Shown: positions 1-7,955, numbered from the stretch's first letter. The stretch: 24,000 nucleotides of DNA from Pyrinomonadaceae bacterium (GCA_036388895.1 DASVQY010000054.1:77050-101049), one strand, 5' to 3'. Notes: generated by a model not told the origin, from the sequence alone. A program made the numbers and translations.

Positions 1-2
1 AC

Positions 3-194
3 GCTCACGTTTTCGGCAATCAGCACGTCGAAACGAAAGTATATTTGATGCTGCCGACCGACGCCGACGAGGTAACGGTTGACGGCTGCGGCGTTTTTGA
101 GGGACGCATCGGAGTGACCGAACAACAGCAGCAAACAGGCGAATCCTGGATTGATACGCAGGTTGAGGAATCAGACAAAAACAACGAATTTTAG
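3..194 (+). CDS. 3' end of an ORF running off the left window edge (hypothetical protein, last ~63 codons)
   Basis: Frame 3 is open from the edge to TAG at 192-194 (...VYLMLPTDADEVTVDGCGVFEGRIGVTEQQQQTGESWIDTQVEESDKNNEF*). Codon usage resembles neighbouring genes. It shares orientation with the next gene and ends 10 nt before it. No family recognised. Confidence 0.35.
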   Translation, partial: AHVFGNQHVETKVYLMLPTDADEVTVDGCGVFEGRIGVTEQQQQTGESWIDTQVEESDKNNEF

Positions 195-204
195 AGGTGA
201 AGTT

Positions 205-525
205 GTGAATGAAGCGACAAAACAAAATCCTTTAACTGAATTTTTGAAATTTTACACTGAGCAAAATAAAGGACGTTCGACCCGGCTCGGAGTGTTTGAA
301 AACGGAAACGATTTTTGGCTGGAAGACGGTCTGCCGCTGGCGGGAGTAGACGCAGACACGCACGGCGAATCGCCGACAATCGAAATTATACTCGGCAATG
401 ATTTTACGCACACTGTTAAAGGCGCAAAAAGTATCAAAATACATTTTAATTTCGACGAGAATTCCGACGGGCTCGACATTACTGACACGGAAGGAAAAAC
501 AACTATTTTGCGTTTTGAAAATTAG
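205..525 (+). CDS. small DUF5335-like protein (function unknown)
   Basis: GTG at 205 is preceded by AGAGGTGA (193-200); the track ORF 151..525 begins at an upstream TTG. The pattern ...LPLAGVDADTHGESPTIEIILGNDFTHTVKGAKSIKIHF...GKTTILRFEN matches my recollection of DUF5335 proteins. Confidence 0.55.
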   Translation: MNEATKQNPLTEFLKFYTEQNKGRSTRLGVFENGNDFWLEDGLPLAGVDADTHGESPTIEIILGNDFTHTVKGAKSIKIHFNFDENSDGLDITDTEGKTTILRFEN

Positions 526-541
526 AAAATAAAACCGAAAA

Positions 542-1120
542 ATGAGTTCAAATAATTTAACCGAAACAATTGACAAAGTTCTTTCGGACGAGCGCGACGT
601 TCGAGAAGCGACCGCGCCGCATCAAAAGGAATTTCCTTATGAGCGCGATGAGGAATCACAGGTTACGCGCCGCGAATTTTGTAATTTTTTGTTTTTAACG
701 TCGAGCGCTTTGTTCGTCAGCGCTGCCGGATTTGCCGGAAAGGCTGTTTATGACGCGCGGTTTGAGCAGCAATTTCCGCCGATGAGAATCGAAGGTGCGG
801 ACGCGCTCCAGCCGGGAACGGCGCTTAATTTTCGCTATCCGAATGAAGACGAAACGGCGATTCTGGTTCGCTCGGCTAATGGCAATTACTACGCTTACGG
901 ACAGAAATGCACGCATCTGGCGTGTCCGGTTTATTATGCGAAAGAAGCGAATCGGCTGGAATGCCCGTGTCACGAAGGCGGTTTTCAAGTCGAAACGGGA
1001 AACGTTTTATACGGTCCGCCGCCGCGCCCGCTCGATCAAATCGCTCTGGAAGAACGCGGAGGCGAGATTTGGGCAATCGGAATAAAGTACGGCGGAGGGC
1101 ATAATGAAAGCGGAATTTAA
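542..1120 (+). CDS. Rieske [2Fe-2S] protein, Tat-type signal-anchored (bc/QcrA-PetA-like iron-sulfur subunit)
   Basis: Rieske box I CTHLAC and box II CPCHEG are present, each including its second Cys (the disulfide pair typical of high-potential bc-type Rieske). The N-terminus has TRREF followed by the hydrophobic stretch FLFLTSSALFVSAAGFAG. Confidence 0.85.
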   Translation: MSSNNLTETIDKVLSDERDVREATAPHQKEFPYERDEESQVTRREFCNFLFLTSSALFVSAAGFAGKAVYDARFEQQFPPMRIEGADALQPGTALNFRYPNEDETAILVRSANGNYYAYGQKCTHLACPVYYAKEANRLECPCHEGGFQVETGNVLYGPPPRPLDQIALEERGGEIWAIGIKYGGGHNESGI

Positions 1121-1457
1121 CGAGCTTACAGACGAGCAAGCGCGGAGAAAGGCTTTTGAAGCGCAGAGCGCCGCGCGAGCAAAAGATTTTCAGGGCGGCA
1201 CTCGCCCGGCGGGACGAGGTTACACCGCCGTCTGGCAGGCGCGGCTGGCTTTATTCGTGATGATAAACGTTGCGCAGTTATGGATACTCGCAGCGACGGT
1301 CGAAGCCGCTCTGGCGCGCCATTACAAACAGTTACTGCCGCTCGTCGTCGCTTCGGGCGTGTGCTGGCTAATTGCGCTGACGATTTTCCTCTGGTGGAAG
1401 CCGGCTTCCCGAAGGCGCTCAAGCACGGGATACATAAGTTCAAAGTCCAAATTCTAA
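1104..1457 (+). CDS. small 2-TM membrane protein, translationally coupled to the Rieske gene
   Basis: ATG 1104 overlaps the Rieske 3' end by 17 nt, with GGAGGG a few nt upstream. Two hydrophobic helices (LALFVMINVAQLWILAATV and LLPLVVASGVCWLIALTIFLWW) are followed by a basic tail. No family recognised. Confidence 0.6.
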   Translation: MKAEFNELTDEQARRKAFEAQSAARAKDFQGGTRPAGRGYTAVWQARLALFVMINVAQLWILAATVEAALARHYKQLLPLVVASGVCWLIALTIFLWWKPASRRRSSTGYISSKSKF

Positions 1458-1538
1458 AATTCAAAGTCTGGTTTCCCGAGTGAATTTTGTTTTAGCTCTT
1501 GAGACTTGGTCTGTTTGGGCATCGCATTTTTCCTGAAA

Positions 1539-1742
1539 ATGAAGCGAAAAATCACCGGCTATAACAAAGATGATAAAAACGATTGGCGGGCGGAGCTTGA
1601 ATGCGGGCATTACCAGCACATCCGGCACAAACCGCCGCTCGTCTCGCGCGAGTGGGTTCTGACCGAAGCCGGGCGCGAATCGCGTCTCGGTCTTGAATTC
1701 GAATGCAAAAAATGCGACGAAAATCAGCTTTCGGATTTTTGA
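1539..1742 (+). CDS. DUF3565 domain protein (small Cys/His-rich protein)
   Basis: The internal ATG at 1539 gives MKRKITGYNKDDKNDWRAELECGHYQHIRHKPP...ECKKCD, which matches the DUF3565 pattern as I remember it. The track ORF starts at 1506 with an unlikely hydrophobic extension. Confidence 0.65.
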   Translation: MKRKITGYNKDDKNDWRAELECGHYQHIRHKPPLVSREWVLTEAGRESRLGLEFECKKCDENQLSDF

Positions 1743-1960
1743 GCAAAATCATCACTTAGTTGCTTTAAACTTTAATCAACCGCGAAATTTTCCACACTCA
1801 AAAGCGTGATATTTCACAGACAGCTTTCTCATCTCAAAATTTAAATACTGATCAAACGTCTTCAACTCTCGATAACTCCAATGTTTACAGTAAATAAATT
1901 TCTTTCTGCATCTTGTCGGCTGACGGCACGATCATTGCGACTGCTAAGAATTTGAAAGTC

Positions 1961-1989
1961 TTTTGATAAACGAATTAAATTTATCAAAA
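1961..1989. promoter_or_regulatory. perfect 10-bp inverted repeat TTTTGATAAA-N9-TTTATCAAAA upstream of the NarK-type transporter (candidate operator)
   Basis: Read directly: 1961-1970 is the exact reverse complement of 1980-1989. It lies 35-63 bp upstream of ATG 2024 and overlaps an AT-rich promoter-like stretch (TATAAA near 2001-2006). Confidence 0.4.
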
Positions 1990-2023
1990 AGTTAATTTAA
2001 TTATAAAAAGCATTTTTCACTCG

Positions 2024-3238
2024 ATGCAAAAGGAATTTATGAGCAATAATACTTCAAAACCAGGCGCCAATCGGGCACTGTTTTTTTCAACCACGGCTTT
2101 CGCGGTTTCATTTGCCGTTTGGGGATTGATCGCCGCACTGGCGCCGACTTTTACGCAGCTTTACAACCTTACCGCTACCGAAAAAAGTTTAATGATCGCT
2201 GTTCCGGTTCTGCTCGGTTCAATCGGCAGACTCGCCGCAGGAATGCTCGCCGACCGTTTCGGCGGGCGTTTGACGTTTGCCGCTCTGCTGTTTTTTGCGG
2301 CAATTCCGGCAATCGCCATTGGTTTTTCGACCAGCTTTACACAGCTGTTGATTTTCGGTCTTCTGCTCGGAATTGCCGGAACGACTTTTCCGGTCGGCGT
2401 CGGATTTACCTCGAAATGGTTTCCGCCGGAGAAGCAGGGAACGGCGCTCGGCGTTTACGGAATGGGAAACATCGGGCAGTCGGTTGCGGTTTTCGGCGCT
2501 CCGGTACTCGCGTTATGGCTCGGAGATTGGCGGACAGTTTTCTTTGTTTTCGCCGCTGTAGCGATCATCTGGGGAGTTTTATATTACCTTTTCGCCAGAG
2601 ATGCCGCCGCAACCGCGCAGCCGAAAACATTGGCGGAGAATTTAAACGTCTTGAAACGTTCGAAGCTCGCCTGGATTTTGTCTCTATTTTATTTTCTCAC
2701 TTTCGGCGGATTCGTCGCACTCGCGCTTTATATGCCGACTTTTCTGCGCGAAATCTTTAACCTCTCGCCGACCGACGCGGGCGCGAGAACTGCCGGATTT
2801 GTCATTTTGGCAACACTTATGCGCCCGGTCGGAGGCATTTTAGCCGATAAAATGGGCGGCGCTAAGGTTTTGGTTTTTGTTTTCGTCGCAATCGCCGCTC
2901 TGTCTCTGCTCTTGAGCTTTTCGACGATCACCCTTTTCACCGTCGGAGCTTTGGGCTGCGCGGCGGCTTTGGGACTCGGCAATGGCGCGATCTTCAAACT
3001 CGTGCCGCAGTATTTCCCGAAAGAAACCGGAACGGTGACCGGTTTGGTCGGTGCCTTCGGCGGATTGGGCGGATTTTTCCCGCCGCTCGAACTCGGTTTG
3101 GTCAAAGACGCAACCGGTGCCTACACCATCGGCTTTGTTTTGCTCGCGGCGTTCGCTGTTGTATGTCTGGCTGTAAATTATTTCACTTTTCTGCGCGGTT
3201 CCGTCGAAGAAAGAGCAACCGCCGCTGTGAATGCATAA
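2024..3238 (+). CDS. narK: MFS transporter, nitrate/nitrite porter (NarK/NasA, NNP family)-like
   Basis: 404 aa with about 12 hydrophobic segments. It carries the MFS motif GMLADRFGGR and Gly-rich YGMGNIG / GLGNGAIF motifs resembling NNP signature motifs. An alternative start at ATG 2039 has AAGGAA upstream. Neighbouring RIC, MobA and Crp-family genes fit this context. Confidence 0.7.
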   Translation: MQKEFMSNNTSKPGANRALFFSTTAFAVSFAVWGLIAALAPTFTQLYNLTATEKSLMIAVPVLLGSIGRLAAGMLADRFGGRLTFAALLFFAAIPAIAIGFSTSFTQLLIFGLLLGIAGTTFPVGVGFTSKWFPPEKQGTALGVYGMGNIGQSVAVFGAPVLALWLGDWRTVFFVFAAVAIIWGVLYYLFARDAAATAQPKTLAENLNVLKRSKLAWILSLFYFLTFGGFVALALYMPTFLREIFNLSPTDAGARTAGFVILATLMRPVGGILADKMGGAKVLVFVFVAIAALSLLLSFSTITLFTVGALGCAAALGLGNGAIFKLVPQYFPKETGTVTGLVGAFGGLGGFFPPLELGLVKDATGAYTIGFVLLAAFAVVCLAVNYFTFLRGSVEERATAAVNA

Positions 3239-3303
3239 ATTAGTTGAAACCCGCATCGCCGGCGATAAAAAAGGTAAAAAATAAAAAGGAAGGATTGATA
3301 AAT

Positions 3304-4083
3304 ATGTTGATTGATGTAACCAAAATAGTGCGCGAATTGGCGGTCGAAAATCCTGCGACGACACGCGTATTTGAAAAACTCAGAATTGATTACTGCTGCG
3401 GCGGTCATCTGTCGCTCGAAGAAGCCTGTCAAAATGCGGGCGTTGAAATCGAGCAAGTTTCAGAACTACTCGAAAACGCAAAAAACGAATCGTTCGAGAC
3501 AAACTTCGCCGCGAAAGATTTTGCGGAAATGTCTCTTGCCGCTCTCGCCGATTACATCGTGCGAAAACACCACACGTTTACTCGCGACGAAAGCGAGCGC
3601 ATAACGGCTTTGCTCGAAAAGGTCGCTTCGGTTCACGGCAAAAGACACGCCGAATTGTTTGAAATTCAAAGAATTTTCGGAATGCTGCGGCTTGAAATCG
3701 AAAATCACCTTTTAAAGGAAGAACGGATGCTTTTTCCGTACATCGCTTTGATGGAAAGCTCGCTCACATTCGGGCTGCCGCTTTCGCCCGCACCGTTCGG
3801 CACGACGCGCAATCCGGTCGCCGTAATGGTCGCGGAACACGACGCGGCTGGCGAATTCTTGCGCGAAATCAGAAATTTGAGCAATAATTTCGCCGTCCCG
3901 GTTGATGCGTGCGTGACTTACAAAACTCTCTACGGCGCGCTCGAAAATTTTGAAACGGATTTGCACCGGCATATTCATCTGGAAAATAACATTTTATTTC
4001 CCAAAGCAATCGAAATGGAAAACGCCGGCGCGAAAACGGAGCCGAGAGGAATGAACGCGGCTTTGTGCGGAGCGAGCCTTTGA
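3304..4083 (+). CDS. ytfE: iron-sulfur cluster repair di-iron protein (RIC / YtfE / ScdA family)
   Basis: ATG 3304 follows AAAGGAAGGA. The N-terminus has an ScdA_N-type motif (RIDYCCGG). The C-terminus is hemerythrin-like, with H/E ligand motifs (KHHTF...E, HLLKEERMLFP, AEHD, HIHLENNILFP). The track ORF starts 60 nt too early. Confidence 0.85.
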   Translation: MLIDVTKIVRELAVENPATTRVFEKLRIDYCCGGHLSLEEACQNAGVEIEQVSELLENAKNESFETNFAAKDFAEMSLAALADYIVRKHHTFTRDESERITALLEKVASVHGKRHAELFEIQRIFGMLRLEIENHLLKEERMLFPYIALMESSLTFGLPLSPAPFGTTRNPVAVMVAEHDAAGEFLREIRNLSNNFAVPVDACVTYKTLYGALENFETDLHRHIHLENNILFPKAIEMENAGAKTEPRGMNAALCGASL

Positions 4084-4200
4084 CTTTTAATAATTTGGAT
4101 GTTTGAAATTCGATCTGCAAGGCGGCGGGTTTTACGAATTGATATGCGGATGATTCGACAACCTGCCGCTGCGAGTTGAAATTTATAACAAAAATCGGTT

Positions 4201-5766
4201 ATGAGAAATTCATTAAGTAAAAGCGGAATTTTTTTTTCCGCTTTCAAACAATTTATATTTTTTACAGCATTTTTATTAGCTTTTTGTTTTATTGTAAACG
4301 CGCAAACCGGTTCGGTCGCCCAAATCAAAACAACTGCGGAAACGAATGCTCCCGGAAATACAAACGCAGGCGATGAAACTCAAACTCGCGTCAAACAACT
4401 CGAAGCGCAGATGCAGATGATGCAGGCGGAAATCGAGCAATTGAAAAAACACATCGTCAAGCAACAGCCGACACAGCCCAGCGCAGCACAAACCGAAACT
4501 AAACCGGCATCGAAAGAGCCGAATTCGGTCGCCGCAAAGCCGGAAATCAAAACGACTGAAACAATCAATACTGAAGCAAAGCAAACCGCGCAGCCAAAAC
4601 AACTCGGCGTTGACATCGGCTCGGCTCGCCTGACGCCTTACGGCACGATTTATTTTAACGCTTTCGGCAACAGCGGCGGCACGAACAATTCGGACGTTCC
4701 GCTTTTCGCGACGCCGACCGGAACGGGAAATGCCAGCGCGACAGTCAGGCAAACCCGTCTCGGCGCGCGGGTTGAAGGCGCGCGAGTTGGAAACGCAAGA
4801 TTAAGCGCAATCGTCGAAGCCGACTTTTTCGGCGGTTTTTCAAACATCGGTATAGGCGAAAACTTCGGCGTCGTTCGTCTGCGTCTGGCGAACGCGCGAC
4901 TCGATTGGGAGAAAACTTCGGTTACAATCGGGCAGGATTGGATGGTTTTCGCGCCGGTCAATCCGACATCAATCGCCGCCGCGGCAATTCCGCAGATGGC
5001 TGCCGCCGGAAATCCCTGGGCGCGTCTGCCGCAAGTCAAAATCGAGCGAAAACTCGGCGCGAATTTTACAGTGCAAGGCGCGGTTCTCGCAGCGCAAACC
5101 GGCGATTACCCGACGGCTTCAAATTTCTTTTTGCAGCCGACGAGCGGAGCGGCTTCGCGCACGCCGTTTTTCCAAAGCCGCATCGCTTTCGCCGATAAAA
5201 ACTTTTTCGGTACGAAAAAAGCCGGAAGCATCGGGCTTTCCGGTCATTTCGGTCAATCGAGAGTTTTTACCGAAGCGGCGAATGATCGTCACGACGTTGA
5301 TTCGGTCGGCGTCGCTCTGGATTGGAACATTCCCCTTTCGGAACAATTCAACCTAGCTGGCGAAGCGTTTTTCGGGCGAAATTTAGGCGGTTTTCAAGCA
5401 GGAGTTTTTCAAAGCATCAACACGGATTCGGCTTATCGGCAAAATAACATTTTAATTTCCGGCGGCGTGCGCTCAATCGGCACTCGCGGCGGCTGGACGC
5501 AGCTCGGTTTTACGCCGAAAATTTGGAAAAATCGTTTTTCAATTCTCGGTTCAATCGGGATAGACGACCCGCGCGATGAAGATTTGACGAGCTTGACGCG
5601 CCGCGATTTTCGCTCTCGAAATTTAGTGTTCGCCTTCGATTTGATTTACCGGTTTACACCGCAATTTCAAGTCGGCGCCGAGTTTCGGCGTTTTCAAACC
5701 GATTATCTTTTCAGCGGCAGACAAAATTCAAATCACGTCAATCTCGGCGCCGCGTATAGTTTTTAA
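4201..5766 (+). CDS. outer-membrane beta-barrel porin with N-terminal coiled coil and P/T/Q-rich linker
   Basis: A signal peptide ends ...FIVNAQT. A heptad-like segment (RVKQLEAQMQMMQAEIEQLKKHIV) is followed by a low-complexity linker, then alternating amphipathic strands. The C-terminus ends ...NLGAAYSF, the aromatic terminal residue typical of OM barrels. Confidence 0.7.
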   Translation: MRNSLSKSGIFFSAFKQFIFFTAFLLAFCFIVNAQTGSVAQIKTTAETNAPGNTNAGDETQTRVKQLEAQMQMMQAEIEQLKKHIVKQQPTQPSAAQTETKPASKEPNSVAAKPEIKTTETINTEAKQTAQPKQLGVDIGSARLTPYGTIYFNAFGNSGGTNNSDVPLFATPTGTGNASATVRQTRLGARVEGARVGNARLSAIVEADFFGGFSNIGIGENFGVVRLRLANARLDWEKTSVTIGQDWMVFAPVNPTSIAAAAIPQMAAAGNPWARLPQVKIERKLGANFTVQGAVLAAQTGDYPTASNFFLQPTSGAASRTPFFQSRIAFADKNFFGTKKAGSIGLSGHFGQSRVFTEAANDRHDVDSVGVALDWNIPLSEQFNLAGEAFFGRNLGGFQAGVFQSINTDSAYRQNNILISGGVRSIGTRGGWTQLGFTPKIWKNRFSILGSIGIDDPRDEDLTSLTRRDFRSRNLVFAFDLIYRFTPQFQVGAEFRRFQTDYLFSGRQNSNHVNLGAAYSF

Positions 5767-5833
5767 CAATTACGAGTTGCGAAAAACGAATGAAAAAACT
5801 AATTTCTTTTAATTCGTAATTCGTAATTGTTAT

Positions 5834-6457
5834 ATGAACGATTTTGATGGATACGTATTAGCCGGCGGCGCGAGCAGGCGGATGGGAAGGGCGAAAGCGA
5901 ATCTGCGTTTGGGCGGAAAAACTTTCGTTGAACGTGCCGCAAACGCACTGTCCGCGATTTCTCCGAAGCGATTGTTAGTTGTGGGCAATCTTTTGGAAAT
6001 GCCGCCCGGTTTATCGGCTCTGCCGGATAAGTTCAACACAGAGAACGCCGGACAAACGCGCGGTTCAATAATCGGCTTACACGCCGCTTTGTCGGATGCC
6101 CGCAACGATTGGGCGGCGGCGCTGGCTTGTGATTTGCCGTTTGTGTGCGGCGAGTTGTTTCGAAAACTCGCGTCGTCTAGTCGAAAGGATTTCGACGCCG
6201 TTGTCCCCCTGCAGAACGATGATAGACCGCAGCCGCTCTGCGCATTATATCGTGCCGGGACTTGTTTGCCGGTAATCGAAAAAATGCTTGGCGAAGAAAA
6301 TTGGAAACTGCGAAATCTTCTGCAAAGCGTCAAAACTCGTTTCGTCTCGTTCGATGAAATTTCAGATTTGCCGCACGCCGAACATTTCTTTTTCAACGTC
6401 AACACGCCGGAAGATTTTCGCGAAGCGCAAATGATAGAAAATTCGCTGGGTAGCTAA
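5834..6457 (+). CDS. mobA: molybdenum cofactor guanylyltransferase MobA
   Basis: The N-terminal GYVLAGGASRRMG...K motif and the overall ~200-aa size are typical of MobA. Confidence 0.8.
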   Translation: MNDFDGYVLAGGASRRMGRAKANLRLGGKTFVERAANALSAISPKRLLVVGNLLEMPPGLSALPDKFNTENAGQTRGSIIGLHAALSDARNDWAAALACDLPFVCGELFRKLASSSRKDFDAVVPLQNDDRPQPLCALYRAGTCLPVIEKMLGEENWKLRNLLQSVKTRFVSFDEISDLPHAEHFFFNVNTPEDFREAQMIENSLGS

Positions 6458-6467
6458 CCTTTTTTAG

Positions 6468-7097
6468 TCAGGCGGCAACCGCTTTAACGAAAACTTTGTG
6501 ACTAATCGGCGGATGCGCGGCGACCGTTACAGCCGTCGTCGGACGATAAAAATAGATGAACCATTCGTCGAAATTTCTCTCTTCCGCCCAGCTCGCCAAA
6601 CCGCGCCGGGCGAACATTTCACGCAGCGGAATTGGATCGAATGGATGTTTCAAGAGCAAAACGTCTCCGGTTTTTTTTAGGTTGATTAATCCTTTGGCGA
6701 TTGCCGGCATCGGGTCGCGTTTTTCTTCAGCCTGCTGCATTAGATCAACAAAAGTTACATTTGCGTCCGTATCTTTAAGACGGGCAATCTCAAATGGTTT
6801 GACGGGCGAATTTGTATCGGTGTATTCAAAATCTTCCCGGCGGCTGTGGAAAAGTTCGGCGGACAATTCCGCCTCGTCTTCGCCGAGCGTCAGGTTCAAG
6901 ACGTAAAGCATTTCCGTTAAAGGAATGCCGGCGATTTTGGCGGCTTGTTCGACGGTGATGCGCCCGCTCATCGCCCGGCGCAGTTTAGGATAATTTAATC
7001 GCTCGAATTCGGGTGCAAGGAGCGTCAGCGCGGACAAAACCTTTTCTTCGTTTATCGCCAGAACTTCCTTGATTTTTATATCGCGTTTTACTTTCAT
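6468..7097 (-). CDS. DUF1858 (ScdA_N-related) - DUF2249 fusion protein
   Basis: The N-terminal half (...LLAPEFERLNYPKLRRAMSGRITVEQAAKIAGIPLTEMLYVLN) resembles DUF1858. The C-terminal half (VDLMQQAEEKRDPMPAIAKGLINLKKTGDVLLLKHPFDPIPL) resembles the DUF2249 / TusA-like fold. I prefer the start at Met16 (7097) because GGAGGA lies 9 nt upstream; the track start at 7142 has no RBS. Confidence 0.65.
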   Translation of the reverse strand: MKVKRDIKIKEVLAINEEKVLSALTLLAPEFERLNYPKLRRAMSGRITVEQAAKIAGIPLTEMLYVLNLTLGEDEAELSAELFHSRREDFEYTDTNSPVKPFEIARLKDTDANVTFVDLMQQAEEKRDPMPAIAKGLINLKKTGDVLLLKHPFDPIPLREMFARRGLASWAEERNFDEWFIYFYRPTTAVTVAAHPPISHKVFVKAVAA

Positions 7098-7148
7098 ATC
7101 GGGTTTTCCTCCGGTAAGAGAATTATCGGTCTTGTTGTTCATCGCTGC

Positions 7149-7164
7149 GGTGATTTAAGTCACT
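7149..7164. promoter_or_regulatory. CRP-type palindrome gGTGA-N6-TCACt in the divergent promoter region
   Basis: GGTGATTTAAGTCACT read directly; the GTGA/TCAC arms are exact reverse complements with 6-bp spacing. A GATAAT -10-like hexamer on the minus strand (7127-7122) places the site centre near -41.5 of a putative TSS around 7115. The adjacent regulator has a CRP-like R-E-x-x-x-R recognition helix. Confidence 0.45.
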
Positions 7165-7241
7165 CGGAAAAAATAACGAATGACTTTTAAGGCAGAAAAT
7201 AATCGTTTTGGAAAAGCGTAAAAAAAGTTTAAAGTTTTATC

Positions 7242-7955
7242 GTGAGCAAAAATAAAATCGCTGTTTTCAAACAAACCGAGCTTTTTCGGGATTTGGACGA
7301 AAACGTTCTTCGCGTTTTAGCGAGTCGCGCCGGTGAAAAAACTTTGCGCCGCAACGAAATATTGTTTCTCGCCGGAGAAAAAGCCGCCGGATTGTTCGTG
7401 ATCGCGGCGGGTTCGATCAGAGCGTTTCGCACCGGAGCTGACGGGCGCGAGCAGGTCATTCACGTCGAGCGCGCCGTTTCGACGATTGCCGAGCTTCCGG
7501 TTTTCGACGACGGCAATTATCCTTCGACCGGAGCGGCGGAAGAAGACGCGACGAAAGTTTATTTTCTGGATATAACGCAGGTTCGCGCGCTTTGTCTCGA
7601 ACATCCCGAACTTGCTCTGGCGGCGACCAGACTGCTCGCCGCGCGTCTGCGCAGCTGCGCCGAGCTCGTCGAGTCGCTTTCGCTCCGCGAAGTCGGTCAG
7701 CGTCTCGCTCAACTGCTCTTAAACGAAGCCGAAACGAAAGGCACACAAACCGCAAGCGGTATTCGTATCAAACAAAAATTAACGCACAACCAGCTCGCCG
7801 CCCGCATCGGAACCGTCCGCGAAGTCGTCACGCGTGTTTTCTTTCGTTTGCAAAATCAAGGCTTGATTGTTGTTGACGGAAAGGAAATTCTCATTCCCGA
7901 TACAGAGATTCTCGCTCATTATGCCGATTTGAGAGCGGATTCAAGAAAAGACTAA
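7242..7955 (+). CDS. Crp/Fnr-family transcriptional regulator (CRP/Dnr-like; no N-terminal Cys cluster)
   Basis: GTG start. It has an N-terminal cNMP-binding-like beta-roll and a C-terminal HTH (THNQLAARIGTVREVVTRVFFRLQNQGLI). The FNR-type N-terminal cysteines are absent. Confidence 0.85.
   Translation: MSKNKIAVFKQTELFRDLDENVLRVLASRAGEKTLRRNEILFLAGEKAAGLFVIAAGSIRAFRTGADGREQVIHVERAVSTIAELPVFDDGNYPSTGAAEEDATKVYFLDITQVRALCLEHPELALAATRLLAARLRSCAELVESLSLREVGQRLAQLLLNEAETKGTQTASGIRIKQKLTHNQLAARIGTVREVVTRVFFRLQNQGLIVVDGKEILIPDTEILAHYADLRADSRKD

Noticed and set aside
1806-1818. GTGATATTTCACA palindrome-like element upstream of narK as a second Crp-family site
   Set aside because: The arms GTGA/TCAC are only 4 bp apart. 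CRP/FNR-family sites need TGA-N6-TCA core spacing, so this is probably coincidental.
2119-3364. Off-frame and antisense ORFs over narK (2119..2760 +, 2728..3105 -, 2840..3364 -)
   Set aside because: They give Arg/Ser/Pro-rich translations typical of alternative frames of a GC-skewed membrane-protein gene. The MFS frame explains the region.
5830-6405. 191-aa minus-strand ORF opposite mobA
   Set aside because: It is almost exactly co-extensive with mobA on the other strand. mobA has the diagnostic LAGGxSxRMG motif, and the antisense product has none.
7098-7142. Upstream ATG (7142) as the start of the DUF1858-DUF2249 gene
   Set aside because: It has no RBS, and it would place the CRP-type palindrome only 8 bp from the start codon and the GATAAT hexamer inside the ORF. 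Met16 at 7097 has a GGAGGA at ideal spacing. This is not proven.
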